DNA from: an uncultured Acidobacteriota bacterium
GTDB lineage: Bacteria > Acidobacteriota > Vicinamibacteria > Fen-336
DNA length: 64,000 nucleotides
Direction of reading: 5' to 3'
Assembly: GCA_963831755.1 (NCBI GenBank)
Contig: CAWHRC010000018.1
Location: forward strand, 1,690 to 65,689
Shown: piece after piece, positions 41,588 to 50,956 of the stretch
Layout: the number at the start of each line of letters is the position of its first letter
How positions within the stretch are numbered: position 1 is the first letter of the stretch
The notes under the pieces: model-generated
Told to the model about the DNA's origin: nothing
Databases searched by the model: none
Seen by the model: the letters and a program-made list of their open reading frames with translations, nothing else
Translations under genes and position numbers: made by a program

Positions 41588-42762
41588 TGGTGCTTCGAGC
41601 CTCGATCGTGGCGCGGGTTCCGCTCTGGGCGTGGCTGCTCTGCCTGGGTGCGGGCATCCCCGTGGCGCCTGCCCTGGCCCAGGGGCCGCCGACCGCGTTC
41701 TGGGACTTCTCCCTGCACGTGCAGGAGTCGTGGTACTCGAACCGTGACTTCACGACCACCAGCCCCTCGGTCTCGAACACCCGGGCAGGGGCGGGCCTCG
41801 CCTACACGCGCAACGGCCCGCTCAGCCAGTTCGCGCTCTCCGCCGACGCCGCGTACTCCTTCGACAACCGGCAGCAGGGGCGAAACCGCATCAACTACTC
41901 GGGCGGGCTCGACTGGACAAAGCAGCTCGGGCCGCGGACGTCGCTCCGGTTCCGGGAGGCCGCGAGCCAGTCCTACACCCAGAGCACGCCGGTGCTCGCC
42001 GAGGTGGGGCTCGTCTATCCGTATACGCTGATCCGTACGAACAACACCTCCCTCTCCCTGTCGCAGCAGCTCTCGACCCGGACCTCCATCTCGCTGGGCG
42101 GCCGCTACGATCGAGTGGACTTTCCCGACGCCGCTCTTTCCGGTGCCTTCTTCGGTCAGGTCAGCGGCCAGCAGGTGACGGGCTCCTTCGACCTCAGCCA
42201 GGTCGTGAGCGAGCGCGACCAGCTGGGCCTTTCGTATGCGTACCGCTGGAGCGACACGCGAGGACCCGTCTTCCACGACAACAGCCTCTCGGCATCCTGG
42301 TCCAGGCGCCTCGGCCAGACGACCTCGGGCGGCGTGTCGATCGGCGCCAACTACTGGACGGCCCCGTCCCTGGGCCTGTCCCAGTACATGCTCGTCGCCT
42401 CGGTCTCCCTGCGCAAGCAGGTCGGGCGCACCACCTATGCCGTCGCCTACTCGCGCACGCCGCAGCAGGTCTTCGGCGTCGGCAGCGAACGCCTCGCCGA
42501 CATCCTGTCGTTCAATCTGAGCCGGACCCTCACGCGCTCGCTCAGCCTCTCCGGGCGGGGCGTTCGCACGTGGGGCCGCGATCTCGTCGATCCCTCCTTC
42601 AAGTACGACACGCAGGCGTTGTCACTCGGACTCCAGTACCGGCCGAGGCCCCAGCTGAGCTTCGGCGGCGGCTATGGCTGGACGCGCGTGCGTCTGAACG
42701 GCGTCGTGCTGGACAGCCATTCGCTCGACCTGACGGCCTCCTACGGCTGGAGGTGGCAATGA
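41584..42762 (+). CDS. Outer-membrane beta-barrel of the EPS translocon
   Basis: Signal peptide, alternating S/T/Y-rich beta-strands and C-terminal LTASYGWRWQ; translationally coupled to the OPX gene. Confidence 0.75.
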   Translation: MMVLRASIVARVPLWAWLLCLGAGIPVAPALAQGPPTAFWDFSLHVQESWYSNRDFTTTSPSVSNTRAGAGLAYTRNGPLSQFALSADAAYSFDNRQQGRNRINYSGGLDWTKQLGPRTSLRFREAASQSYTQSTPVLAEVGLVYPYTLIRTNNTSLSLSQQLSTRTSISLGGRYDRVDFPDAALSGAFFGQVSGQQVTGSFDLSQVVSERDQLGLSYAYRWSDTRGPVFHDNSLSASWSRRLGQTTSGGVSIGANYWTAPSLGLSQYMLVASVSLRKQVGRTTYAVAYSRTPQQVFGVGSERLADILSFNLSRTLTRSLSLSGRGVRTWGRDLVDPSFKYDTQALSLGLQYRPRPQLSFGGGYGWTRVRLNGVVLDSHSLDLTASYGWRWQ

Positions 42763-42820
42763 CGACCTTCGAGCCCGGCTCGAAGTCTCGCGGGGATCGT
42801 GCCCGCTGGAGGATCACGCG

Positions 42821-43633
42821 GTGAAGAAGACCGTTCGCATCGATGCGTTCCCCGAGGCCGCCTACCGCTGCCTCGACCGGGACGCGATCGTGGCCGTCCA
42901 CGTCATCAGCGCCACCACGGCCCTCGTGAGCTCGGCCACAGCGGGTCGCGCGACCTTCGTGGTGCCGAACGTCAAGTCGGCCTACGAGCTCTCGGAGCGC
43001 CTGGGCGACGCCCTGCTCGCGGGCGAGGTCGGGGGCGTCGTGCCCGAGGGATTCGAGCTGCCCGCTTCTCCGACCGCGCTCGCCGCCGCCTCCGCCCTGC
43101 GGCCCGCGGTCGTCCTCGCGCCGCCCGGGACGCAGATCCTGGTCAACGCGGCGGCGGCGCCGGCGGTCTACGTGGCCTGCCTGCGCAACCTCTCGGCCAC
43201 CGTGCGGGCGCTCGCGGCCTCTCATCCGCGGGTGGCCATCATCGGCGCGGGACAGGGCGGGGACCTCCGCTGCGAGGACCAGCTCGCGGTGGCGCGGCTC
43301 GCCCAGGGCCTGATGGACGACGGCTACGTGGCGGAGGACCCCTACACGGTCGACCTGGTGGCGCGCTGGGCCAAGGTCGGCACCGGCCTGGTGGCGCTCG
43401 GGCGCAGCGCGGAGCAACTGCGGCGCGCGGGTCGCGCCCAGGACCTGGACTTCATCCTGGGGCACGTGGACGACGTCGGGGTCGCCTGTGAGTGCGTGGA
43501 CGGCGAGGTGTGCCTGGAGGGTGTCGCCGCCGAGCGCAAGGCGGCGAGGAGCACGGTCGCCGAGGCGACCACGGGCCGGGTCGTACCGTTCGCCTTTGCG
43601 ACGCGGTCGGCGCTGCCCAAGGTTTCGGCCTGA
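42821..43633 (+). CDS. 2-phosphosulfolactate phosphatase (ComB)-like protein with degenerate motifs
   Basis: VAVHVISATT, LLAGEVGG, ASP, GT, ACLRNLSA, CED, ..QDLDF follow the ComB motif order. Confidence 0.7.
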   Translation: MKKTVRIDAFPEAAYRCLDRDAIVAVHVISATTALVSSATAGRATFVVPNVKSAYELSERLGDALLAGEVGGVVPEGFELPASPTALAAASALRPAVVLAPPGTQILVNAAAAPAVYVACLRNLSATVRALAASHPRVAIIGAGQGGDLRCEDQLAVARLAQGLMDDGYVAEDPYTVDLVARWAKVGTGLVALGRSAEQLRRAGRAQDLDFILGHVDDVGVACECVDGEVCLEGVAAERKAARSTVAEATTGRVVPFAFATRSALPKVSA

Positions 43634-43659
43634 GGCTCGGGCGACAGGAGGGAATGCGG

Positions 43660-45111
43660 ATGACGAACATGGAAGCGGCTCCGGCGGGGCGTCCGATGCC
43701 CAAGCGGGACGTCCTCTACTACCTCGAAGTGCCCCTCCGCCGGCGGCTGCTGTTCTTCGTCCCGGTGGTCTGCGTCACCGTGTTCGCCGTGGTCTTCAGC
43801 TACTTCCAGCCGAAGCTCTACCGCTCCTCGACCCTGATCCTGGTCGAGAGCCAGAAGATCCCCGACACCGTCGTCCCCGAGGCGCAGGCCGCGAGCATCA
43901 CGGACCAGCTGCAGACGCTCAAGCAGGAGGTCCTCAGCCGCACGCGCCTCGAGCGCATCGTGAAGGAGCTGAACCCCTACCCGGAGGACACGGGCAAGCG
44001 CTCGCTCTCGCGGATCGTCGAGGGCATGAGGGACGACATCACGATCAACGTCAAGGGGCGCGACGCCTTCTCGATCGCCTACGCGAACGAGGACCCGAAG
44101 AAGGCGCGCGACGTGACGGCCCGCCTGGCGACGCTGTTCATCGAGGAGACGACCGTCGAGCGGGGCCGTCAGGCGGAAGCCGCCTCCGATTTCATGGCAT
44201 CGCAGGTCGAGGAATCCGCGCTGGCCCTGGAAGCGAAGGACAAGGCGCTCCGGCACTTCAAGGAGCGGCACATGGGCAGCCTGCCCGACCAGCTCCAGAC
44301 CAACCTCTCCACGCTGCAGCGCCTCCAGCTGGAGCAGCAGACGATCACCGAGAGCCTGCGCGCGGCCCGCGACCGGCAGGTGGTGGTCGAGAAGAACCTC
44401 GCCGACCAGATGCGCGTCAGCGCCTCGTCCGGCACCGATCCCGTGAGCGAGCTGCCGCAGCTGCAGTCCGAGCTGGCCGCGCTGCGCGGGAAGTACACCG
44501 ACCAGCATCCCGACGTGCAGGCGCTGCGCGCGAGGATCGAGCGCATCGAGAGCGCGCTGTCGACCACGGCGCCCGCCGCGCGGGCCGCGCTCAGCGACCC
44601 CAACCTCGTCGCGGCGCGCGACCAGGTCCAGCAGGTGCAGCTCGAAGTGTCGGCCCTGTCCGCACAGAGGGACGACCTCAGCAAGAGGATCGGCGAGCTC
44701 CAGGCCAAGGTGGACCGCGTCCCCGCCAACGAGCAGGAGCTCCAGAACCTGACCCGCGAGTACGGCCAGCTCAAGCTCAACTACGACACCCTGCTGCAGA
44801 AGAGACTCGCCGCGGGCATGGCCGAGAAGGTCGAGCAGCGCTGGCGGGGCGACCACTTCCGCATCCTGGATCCCGCGTACCTTCCCGAGCGTCCGTTCTA
44901 CCCGATCAAGATGCTCTTCGGCATGGCCGGCCTGCTCGGTGGCCTCGCCATCGGCCTCGGGCTGGCCTTCGGCGCCGAGGCGCTCGACCATTCCATCAAG
45001 AGCGCGGAGGAGCTGAGCAGCCTGCTCGGGTATCCCGTCCTGATCTCGCTGCCCGACTTCGCCGCGCTGCCGAGGGAGGGAAAGGTCGGGCGCGTGTTCA
45101 GCCGCGGGTAG
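43660..45111 (+). CDS. Polysaccharide co-polymerase (GumC/Wzc N-domain)
   Basis: TM, coiled coil, YTDQHPDV, FRILDPAYLP..P..P and a second TM. Confidence 0.9.
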   Translation: MTNMEAAPAGRPMPKRDVLYYLEVPLRRRLLFFVPVVCVTVFAVVFSYFQPKLYRSSTLILVESQKIPDTVVPEAQAASITDQLQTLKQEVLSRTRLERIVKELNPYPEDTGKRSLSRIVEGMRDDITINVKGRDAFSIAYANEDPKKARDVTARLATLFIEETTVERGRQAEAASDFMASQVEESALALEAKDKALRHFKERHMGSLPDQLQTNLSTLQRLQLEQQTITESLRAARDRQVVVEKNLADQMRVSASSGTDPVSELPQLQSELAALRGKYTDQHPDVQALRARIERIESALSTTAPAARAALSDPNLVAARDQVQQVQLEVSALSAQRDDLSKRIGELQAKVDRVPANEQELQNLTREYGQLKLNYDTLLQKRLAAGMAEKVEQRWRGDHFRILDPAYLPERPFYPIKMLFGMAGLLGGLAIGLGLAFGAEALDHSIKSAEELSSLLGYPVLISLPDFAALPREGKVGRVFSRG

Positions 45112-45132
45112 GCCGCGCACGAGGCGGTGATC

Positions 45133-45948
45133 ATGGACAGGACCACGAGCACGGAGAGGCCGGCCGGAAACGTCAGCCGGATGCTGCCCGCGCACGAACG
45201 CCACGAGGAGCACCGATCCGCCGGCCAGCCCGCCGTCACCTTCGACGAGCAGGACATCGGCCCGGGGAGGCCCGTGCCCGAGGCGCGAACGCTCTTCGAC
45301 GAGAGCCCGCTGGCGGGGGAGCAGATTCGAGTGCTCCGGGCCCACCTGCGCACCCAGGGCCTGCAGCGGCCCATGCGCTGCGTCGGCGTCGTGAGCGCCG
45401 CCCAGGGGGAGGGCAAGACGACCGTCGCGCTGGGCCTCGCGCGCGTGCTGGCGCTCGAGCCCGACACCCGCGTGGTGCTGATCGAAGCGGACCTGCGTCG
45501 GCCATCGGTCGACTTCAGCGTCGGTGCCGAGATCGCCCCCGAGGGCCTGCTGCAGTACCTCGAGGGCTCCGGCGGGAAGGTCGCCCTCCGCTACCTCGTC
45601 CGGGAGCGGTTCCACTTCCTCCCCGCGGGGCCGCGGGCTTCCAATCGCGCGGAGCTCCTGGCCACGCCGAGGATGACCACGCTCATCGAGGCCGCGAAGG
45701 AGGCCTTCGACTACGTGATCGTGGACTGCCCCCCGCTCACCCCGGTGGCGGACAGCCTCATGTTGCGCGACCTGCTCGACGGCTTCGTCTTCGTCGTCCG
45801 CTCGCGGCACGCCCCGAGAGAGGCCGTGCAGCGGGCGCTCGACCTGCTCACGCCCGCCCGCGTGTGTGGCGTCGTGTTCAACGCCCATCGGGAGATCCTG
45901 TCCGGCCACCCGGGCCGCGCCCTGCGGCGCAACCGAGCCACCGAGTGA
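45133..45948 (+). CDS. CpsD/CapB family BY-kinase / P-loop ATPase
   Basis: SAAQGEGKTT (Walker A), IEADLRRP (A'), VIVDCPP (Walker B). Confidence 0.9.
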   Translation: MDRTTSTERPAGNVSRMLPAHERHEEHRSAGQPAVTFDEQDIGPGRPVPEARTLFDESPLAGEQIRVLRAHLRTQGLQRPMRCVGVVSAAQGEGKTTVALGLARVLALEPDTRVVLIEADLRRPSVDFSVGAEIAPEGLLQYLEGSGGKVALRYLVRERFHFLPAGPRASNRAELLATPRMTTLIEAAKEAFDYVIVDCPPLTPVADSLMLRDLLDGFVFVVRSRHAPREAVQRALDLLTPARVCGVVFNAHREILSGHPGRALRRNRATE

Positions 45949-46039
45949 AGCGAGCCCGATTCCAGGCCGGACCGGCCTTCCCCCCGTGCGCTGGTCGGCG
46001 CGCGTCGGGCAACGGGCCGCGAAGGGCCGGAGGCGCGGC

Positions 46040-47422
46040 ATGAGGACGGTCGAGATCTCGTTCTCGTCCCTGACCCCGGTCGTCTGCGCCCTCGCGGAAG
46101 CGGCGATCCTGGTCTGCTCCTTCGTAGCCGCCGTGCTGATCCGCTTCGAGCACCTCAACTACGAGCAGCTGCTACTCAAGGGCCTGCTGAGCGCTCTCGT
46201 GGTGCAGCTGTGCTTCTACTACACGGACCTCTACGAGGAGTCTTCCTTCCGCTGGCGGATCGAGCTGTTCCTGCGGCTCGGACAGGCCTTTGCGATCGCG
46301 GCAATCCTGCTCTCCCTCGTCTTCTACGCCGCGCCGGTGCTCACGGTCGGCCGAGGGCTGCTGGCCATCTTCGCCGTCCTCGGAATGGGCAGCGTCTTCG
46401 TGTGGCGGGGGCTGTACCTGTTCATGGTCGGCCGCGAGGGCCTCGTGGACCACGTGCTGATCCTGGGAACCGGACCGTCGGCCCAGCAGATCGCCCGCGA
46501 GATGCTGCTGCGGGCGCCTCTCGGGTTCCGGGTGGTCGGGTTCCTGGGCGAGAGCGAGGCCGAGGTGGGCCGCTCGCTCGTCAACCCCTCGGTGATCGGA
46601 ACCGCCGACGACCTGCTGCCGCTGGTGCAGCGCCACAGGATCAACCTGATCGTCGTGGCCCTCGAGGACCGGCGGGGCAAGATGCCCGTGGCCGACCTGC
46701 TCCGTTGCCGGATGGCCGGCATCCGCGTCGAGGAGGCCACCGGCTTTTTCGAGAGGCTGACCGGGAAGATCCTGGTGAAGAGCCTCCGCCCCAGCTGGCT
46801 CGTCTTCTCGCAGGGCTTCAACAAGCCGCGCCTCCTGCGCAACGCCAAGAACGTCGGGGAGTTCCTGGCCGCGGCCGTGCTGGCGGTGCTGCTCGCCCCC
46901 GTGATCGCGCTGATCGCCGCGCTGGTGAAGCTCACGAGCCCGGGACCGGTGCTGTACCGGCAGGAGCGGGTGGGGGAGCGGGGGCAGAGCTTCGTGCTGT
47001 TGAAGTTCCGCACGATGCGCTCGGACGCCGAGGCCGGGACCGGGCCGGTCTGGGCGTCGGAGGACTCGGACCCCCGCATCACGCCGCTCGGGCGCCTGCT
47101 GCGCAAGACGCGGCTGGACGAGCTGCCGCAGCTGCTCAACGTGCTGCGGGGCGAGATGAGCTTCGTCGGGCCGCGCCCCGAGCGGCCGCACTTCGTGGAG
47201 AGCCTGCGGCAGGTGATCCCGTACTACGACGAGCGCCACGGCGTGAAACCCGGGATCACCGGCTGGGCCCAGATCAAGTACGGTTACGGCTCGACCCTCG
47301 AGGACGCGGAGGAGAAGCTACAGTACGACCTGTACTACATCAAGCACATGTCCCTGACCTTCGACATCGGCGTGCTGTGCGACACGTTCAAGGTCATGCT
47401 GGTAGGCAAGGGGGCCCGGTGA
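46040..47422 (+). CDS. Priming undecaprenyl-phosphate sugar-1-phosphate transferase (WcaJ/EpsB-like)
   Basis: SPGPVLYRQERVG, KFRTM, DELPQLLNVLRGEMSFVGPRPERP, KPGITGWAQ, YDLYYIK. Confidence 0.93.
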   Translation: MRTVEISFSSLTPVVCALAEAAILVCSFVAAVLIRFEHLNYEQLLLKGLLSALVVQLCFYYTDLYEESSFRWRIELFLRLGQAFAIAAILLSLVFYAAPVLTVGRGLLAIFAVLGMGSVFVWRGLYLFMVGREGLVDHVLILGTGPSAQQIAREMLLRAPLGFRVVGFLGESEAEVGRSLVNPSVIGTADDLLPLVQRHRINLIVVALEDRRGKMPVADLLRCRMAGIRVEEATGFFERLTGKILVKSLRPSWLVFSQGFNKPRLLRNAKNVGEFLAAAVLAVLLAPVIALIAALVKLTSPGPVLYRQERVGERGQSFVLLKFRTMRSDAEAGTGPVWASEDSDPRITPLGRLLRKTRLDELPQLLNVLRGEMSFVGPRPERPHFVESLRQVIPYYDERHGVKPGITGWAQIKYGYGSTLEDAEEKLQYDLYYIKHMSLTFDIGVLCDTFKVMLVGKGAR

Positions 47423-48882
47423 GCGCGGTGGCCTGGCCCGCGGACGCCGTCGAGCCGCGGCGCAGCCTGCTCGACATGCTGCGGCCCTTTGCCTCCCGTG
47501 GGCTGGCGCTGCTGATCGCGACCGGCTTCGGCGCCGCGGCCGCATTCGAAGCGACGGCCATGGGGCCCGCGGCCATGGGCCTCTCCGTGCTGCTCCTCCT
47601 GGGTGCGATCCGGGCCGCCTTCGTAAAGCCCGGCGAGTACCCGCTGTTCCTCGCGGTCTACCTTCCCTTCAACTTCGCGTACCCGATGCAGTTCGCCAGC
47701 GGAGTGAACCTCACGAACGCGCTGGTCCTGCTGGGGGTGGTGGCCTGGGCCCGGAGCCGCGCGCAGCCGCGGGAGCGCACGCCCCTGGGCTTCATCGACC
47801 TGACCGTCGTCGTCTACCTCGCGGTGGGCGCGCTCGGGGCCGTCCACGCGCACGAGAACGCCGCGAACCCCCTGGGCACCGCCTTGTGGGCGCTCAAGGA
47901 CTGGGCGCGGCCGTTCATCTACTACTTCCTCGTCAGGGCCGTGCTGGCCGACCGCCGGGACGTGAGGAACCTCGCGATCGTGCTCTTCTACACCGCCACG
48001 CTGGTGGGCTTCGCGACCTGGAAGGAGGGCATCGACCGGGGCGGCGGGAGCATCGACAAGTCGCGGGCGCGGGGACCCGCAGGCCAGGCGAACTCGACCG
48101 GTGCCGCCCTCGTGTACTACGGGGCCCCCATGCTCGCGCTGTTCGTGAGACCGGAGGCGCGGGGCTGGCGGCGAGGGCTCGCCCTGGCCGGCTTCCTGGT
48201 CTGCGTGCGCGCGATGCTCTACACCTACTCGCGCGGCGCCTACTTCGCGCTGCTGGCCGCCGTCGCGGGGCTGCTGCTCCTGAGGAGCCCCGTCCACCTG
48301 GCGGGGGGGGTGGCCCTCGGCTGGGGCATCAACGAGGCCGGACTCATGCCGACGAGCGTGGCCAAGCGCCTGGGCCACACCACTGGCACCACCGACGTGG
48401 AGATCTACGATACGAGCCTCGCCGCGAACCTCGACAAGAGCAGCCAGGACCGGCTCATCCTGTGGAGTGCCGCACGCTCCATGATCGAGGCCAATCCGTT
48501 CCAGGGAGTCGGCCTGGGGCACTTCGCGGAGAGCGTCGACGAGTACATCGACACACCGCTCCCGGAGAACCACCCTCGCGATGCGCACAACGCCTACCTG
48601 CTGACGGCGGCCGAGCTCGGCCTGCCGGGGCTGGCGATCATGGTCGTGAACCTGCTGTCGTTGCTGACGCTCGCCGTCTACGTGTACTTCACGCACCAGC
48701 ACCCGTTCGACCGTGGCATGGCCCTGGGCTTCGTCGGCATGATGTTCGCCGTGGTGGTGAGCTGCGTCTTCGGCTCGCGTTTCTCGGACGATGCCGTGAT
48801 CGGGCACTTCTGGCTGCTCGCGGCGGCGCTGGTCGTGATCAACTCGCTGCCGCGCCAGGACCCGGCCGAGGCCCAGGGGTGA
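47419..48882 (+). CDS. O-antigen ligase/Wzy-type polymerase
   Basis: Multiple TMs, TYSRGAY, NPFQGVGLGHF, DAHNAYLLTAAELGLPGL. Confidence 0.88.
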   Translation: MSAVAWPADAVEPRRSLLDMLRPFASRGLALLIATGFGAAAAFEATAMGPAAMGLSVLLLLGAIRAAFVKPGEYPLFLAVYLPFNFAYPMQFASGVNLTNALVLLGVVAWARSRAQPRERTPLGFIDLTVVVYLAVGALGAVHAHENAANPLGTALWALKDWARPFIYYFLVRAVLADRRDVRNLAIVLFYTATLVGFATWKEGIDRGGGSIDKSRARGPAGQANSTGAALVYYGAPMLALFVRPEARGWRRGLALAGFLVCVRAMLYTYSRGAYFALLAAVAGLLLLRSPVHLAGGVALGWGINEAGLMPTSVAKRLGHTTGTTDVEIYDTSLAANLDKSSQDRLILWSAARSMIEANPFQGVGLGHFAESVDEYIDTPLPENHPRDAHNAYLLTAAELGLPGLAIMVVNLLSLLTLAVYVYFTHQHPFDRGMALGFVGMMFAVVVSCVFGSRFSDDAVIGHFWLLAAALVVINSLPRQDPAEAQG

Positions 48883-49862
48883 GCGCCGGCCTCAAGAAGG
48901 CGGCCGCCTGGGGCCTGCTTCACTCGGGCGCGCTCGGCATCGCCCGCCGGCTCCGCGAGCGCAGGCGCGCCGCGCTGCTGATGTACCACCGGGTGAACGA
49001 CGAGCGCGACCCCTTCTTCCCCGCGCTCCCGGTGGCCACCTTCGTCCAGCAGGTCGAGTATCTCGCCCGCCGCTACAGGGTGGAATCCCTGAGCGATGTG
49101 TCCGCCTGGCTCGCCGGCGGCGCGCCCGGACCCGCTCGCATCGCGATCACGATCGACGACGGGTATCCCGACACGCACGACTGCGTGCTGCCAGCACTGC
49201 GCCGCATCGGAGTACCCGCGACCCTCTTCCTCGCCACCGCCCCCCCGGAAACGGGACGCCCGCTGTGGCTCGACCGGGTTCGTCACGTCGTGAAGCAGAC
49301 ACGGCAGAAGCTGTTCGAGCACTCCTCTCTCGGCAGCGGCCCGCTTCCCCTGGACTCGAGGGAGGCCAAGCTCAAGGCCCTGCGCTCGCTGCTGCGGCGG
49401 ATGAAGCGGCTGGGCCCGGCCCAGGTCGAGACCCTGCTGGCGCAGCTCGAGAGTCGCCTGGGGGAGGGCGAGCCCGAGCCGCGCCCCATCAGCTGGGACC
49501 AGGTGCGCGCCCTCGCGAGCGGCCCGGTCGAGATCGGCGGGCACACCCACCACCACTACCTGCTGTCCGTGCTCGACGACGAGACGCTCGGCCGGGAGGT
49601 CACGACCTCCGTCCAGCTGATCGAGCAGCGCGTGGGCGCGCGTCCTGCCACCTTCGCCTATCCCAACGGCGAGTCTGCCGACTTCGACGAGCGCGCCTTC
49701 GGGCTGCTGCGCGGCCTCGGCGTGCGCTGCGCGGTGACGACACAGAGCGGCTTCGCGCGCCCGGGCCAGAACGCCTTCGCGCTGCCCCGCGTCTACACGA
49801 CCGAGCGCTACTTCCCGCTGTTCGCCGCGCGACTGGCCGGGCTCGGCCAGGAGATCGCATGA
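48879..49862 (+). CDS. Polysaccharide deacetylase (CE4/NodB) 1
   Basis: LMYHRV, ITIDDG, HTHHH, FAYPNG. Confidence 0.88.
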   Translation: MSAGLKKAAAWGLLHSGALGIARRLRERRRAALLMYHRVNDERDPFFPALPVATFVQQVEYLARRYRVESLSDVSAWLAGGAPGPARIAITIDDGYPDTHDCVLPALRRIGVPATLFLATAPPETGRPLWLDRVRHVVKQTRQKLFEHSSLGSGPLPLDSREAKLKALRSLLRRMKRLGPAQVETLLAQLESRLGEGEPEPRPISWDQVRALASGPVEIGGHTHHHYLLSVLDDETLGREVTTSVQLIEQRVGARPATFAYPNGESADFDERAFGLLRGLGVRCAVTTQSGFARPGQNAFALPRVYTTERYFPLFAARLAGLGQEIA

Positions 49863-50956
49863 GCCTGCGCCTCGAGACTGTCGAGGAGGGCTTCGCCGGC
49901 GCCGCCGAGTGGTGGGACGGTGTCCTGGAGCGCTCGACCCGAGTCAGCCCGTTCGCATCGCACGCCTGGCTGGCCCGCTGGTGGGAGACCTACGGCCCGG
50001 GCTCCCGCCTGATGCTGCTGCGCATGGTCGACGGCGGCCAGGTCGTGGGCGGCGTGGCTTTCTACCTGCGCAGGCGGAGACTGGAGGGCCTCTTCGCCGT
50101 GCGTGAGCTGCGCCTCGTGGGCGACCGACACGTGGGGTCCGAGGGTCTCGATGCCCTGGTCGCCCGGGGCCGCGAGGCAGAGGCGGCCGCTGCGCTGGCC
50201 GGGCACCTCGGCCAGGCTCGCGACTGGGACGTCGCGCACCTGCAGGGGCTGCGTCCCGGCGCCGTCCTGCTCCGTCCCGAGGTCTTCGCGGGGCAGGGCG
50301 CCTCGGCTGTGCGTGCGGTCAACCGCTGTCCGGTGCTGACGCTGCCCACGGGCCGGCCGGTCGCTCCGCTGAAGAAGGACTTCGCGTCGCGCGTCGCACG
50401 CAAGTCCCGCGGCCTCCTGGATCGGGGCGGTCTGCGCTTCGCGCGCTGCTGCGAGGAGCGCGAGGTCACGGCACTGCTCGAGGCGCTGTTCACGGACCAC
50501 CAGGCGCGTTGGGCGGGCCGCGGGGAAGCGGGCGCCTTCGCGGGGGAAGCGAAGCGCACCTTCTACAGCCGCGTGGCACGCGACCTGCTCCGATCGGGGA
50601 GACTCGAGCTGTATGGGCTGTGGGACGGCGATCGTCCGCGCGCGGTTCTGTTCGGGGCGAGCGGGGAAAAGACGCTCTACTACCTCCAGTCGGCCTTCGA
50701 CTCGACCCTCGCCACCCACGGGCCCGGAAACGTCCTCCTGTACCAGATCCTCCGGCAGGCCCAGGAGCGGGGCTTCGAGCGCTTCGACTTCATGAAGGGC
50801 GACGAGGCCTACAAGTTCCAGTGGACCACCGAGGAGGAGCCGCTTCTGCTGCGGCGGGTGGTGGGACGGGGCTGGCGGGCCCGGGTGGCCGGGGCTGCCC
50901 TCGCGCTGTCGGGCCGAATGAAGGCGACGGCCGCAGTGAGCGGAGTCGGCGCGTGA
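49859..50956 (+). CDS. CelD/BcsL-like GNAT acyltransferase 1
   Basis: PFASHAWL..WW, H..RW, YYLQSAFD...GPGNVLL, FDFMKGDEAYKFQW. Confidence 0.85.
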   Translation: MSLRLETVEEGFAGAAEWWDGVLERSTRVSPFASHAWLARWWETYGPGSRLMLLRMVDGGQVVGGVAFYLRRRRLEGLFAVRELRLVGDRHVGSEGLDALVARGREAEAAAALAGHLGQARDWDVAHLQGLRPGAVLLRPEVFAGQGASAVRAVNRCPVLTLPTGRPVAPLKKDFASRVARKSRGLLDRGGLRFARCCEEREVTALLEALFTDHQARWAGRGEAGAFAGEAKRTFYSRVARDLLRSGRLELYGLWDGDRPRAVLFGASGEKTLYYLQSAFDSTLATHGPGNVLLYQILRQAQERGFERFDFMKGDEAYKFQWTTEEEPLLLRRVVGRGWRARVAGAALALSGRMKATAAVSGVGA

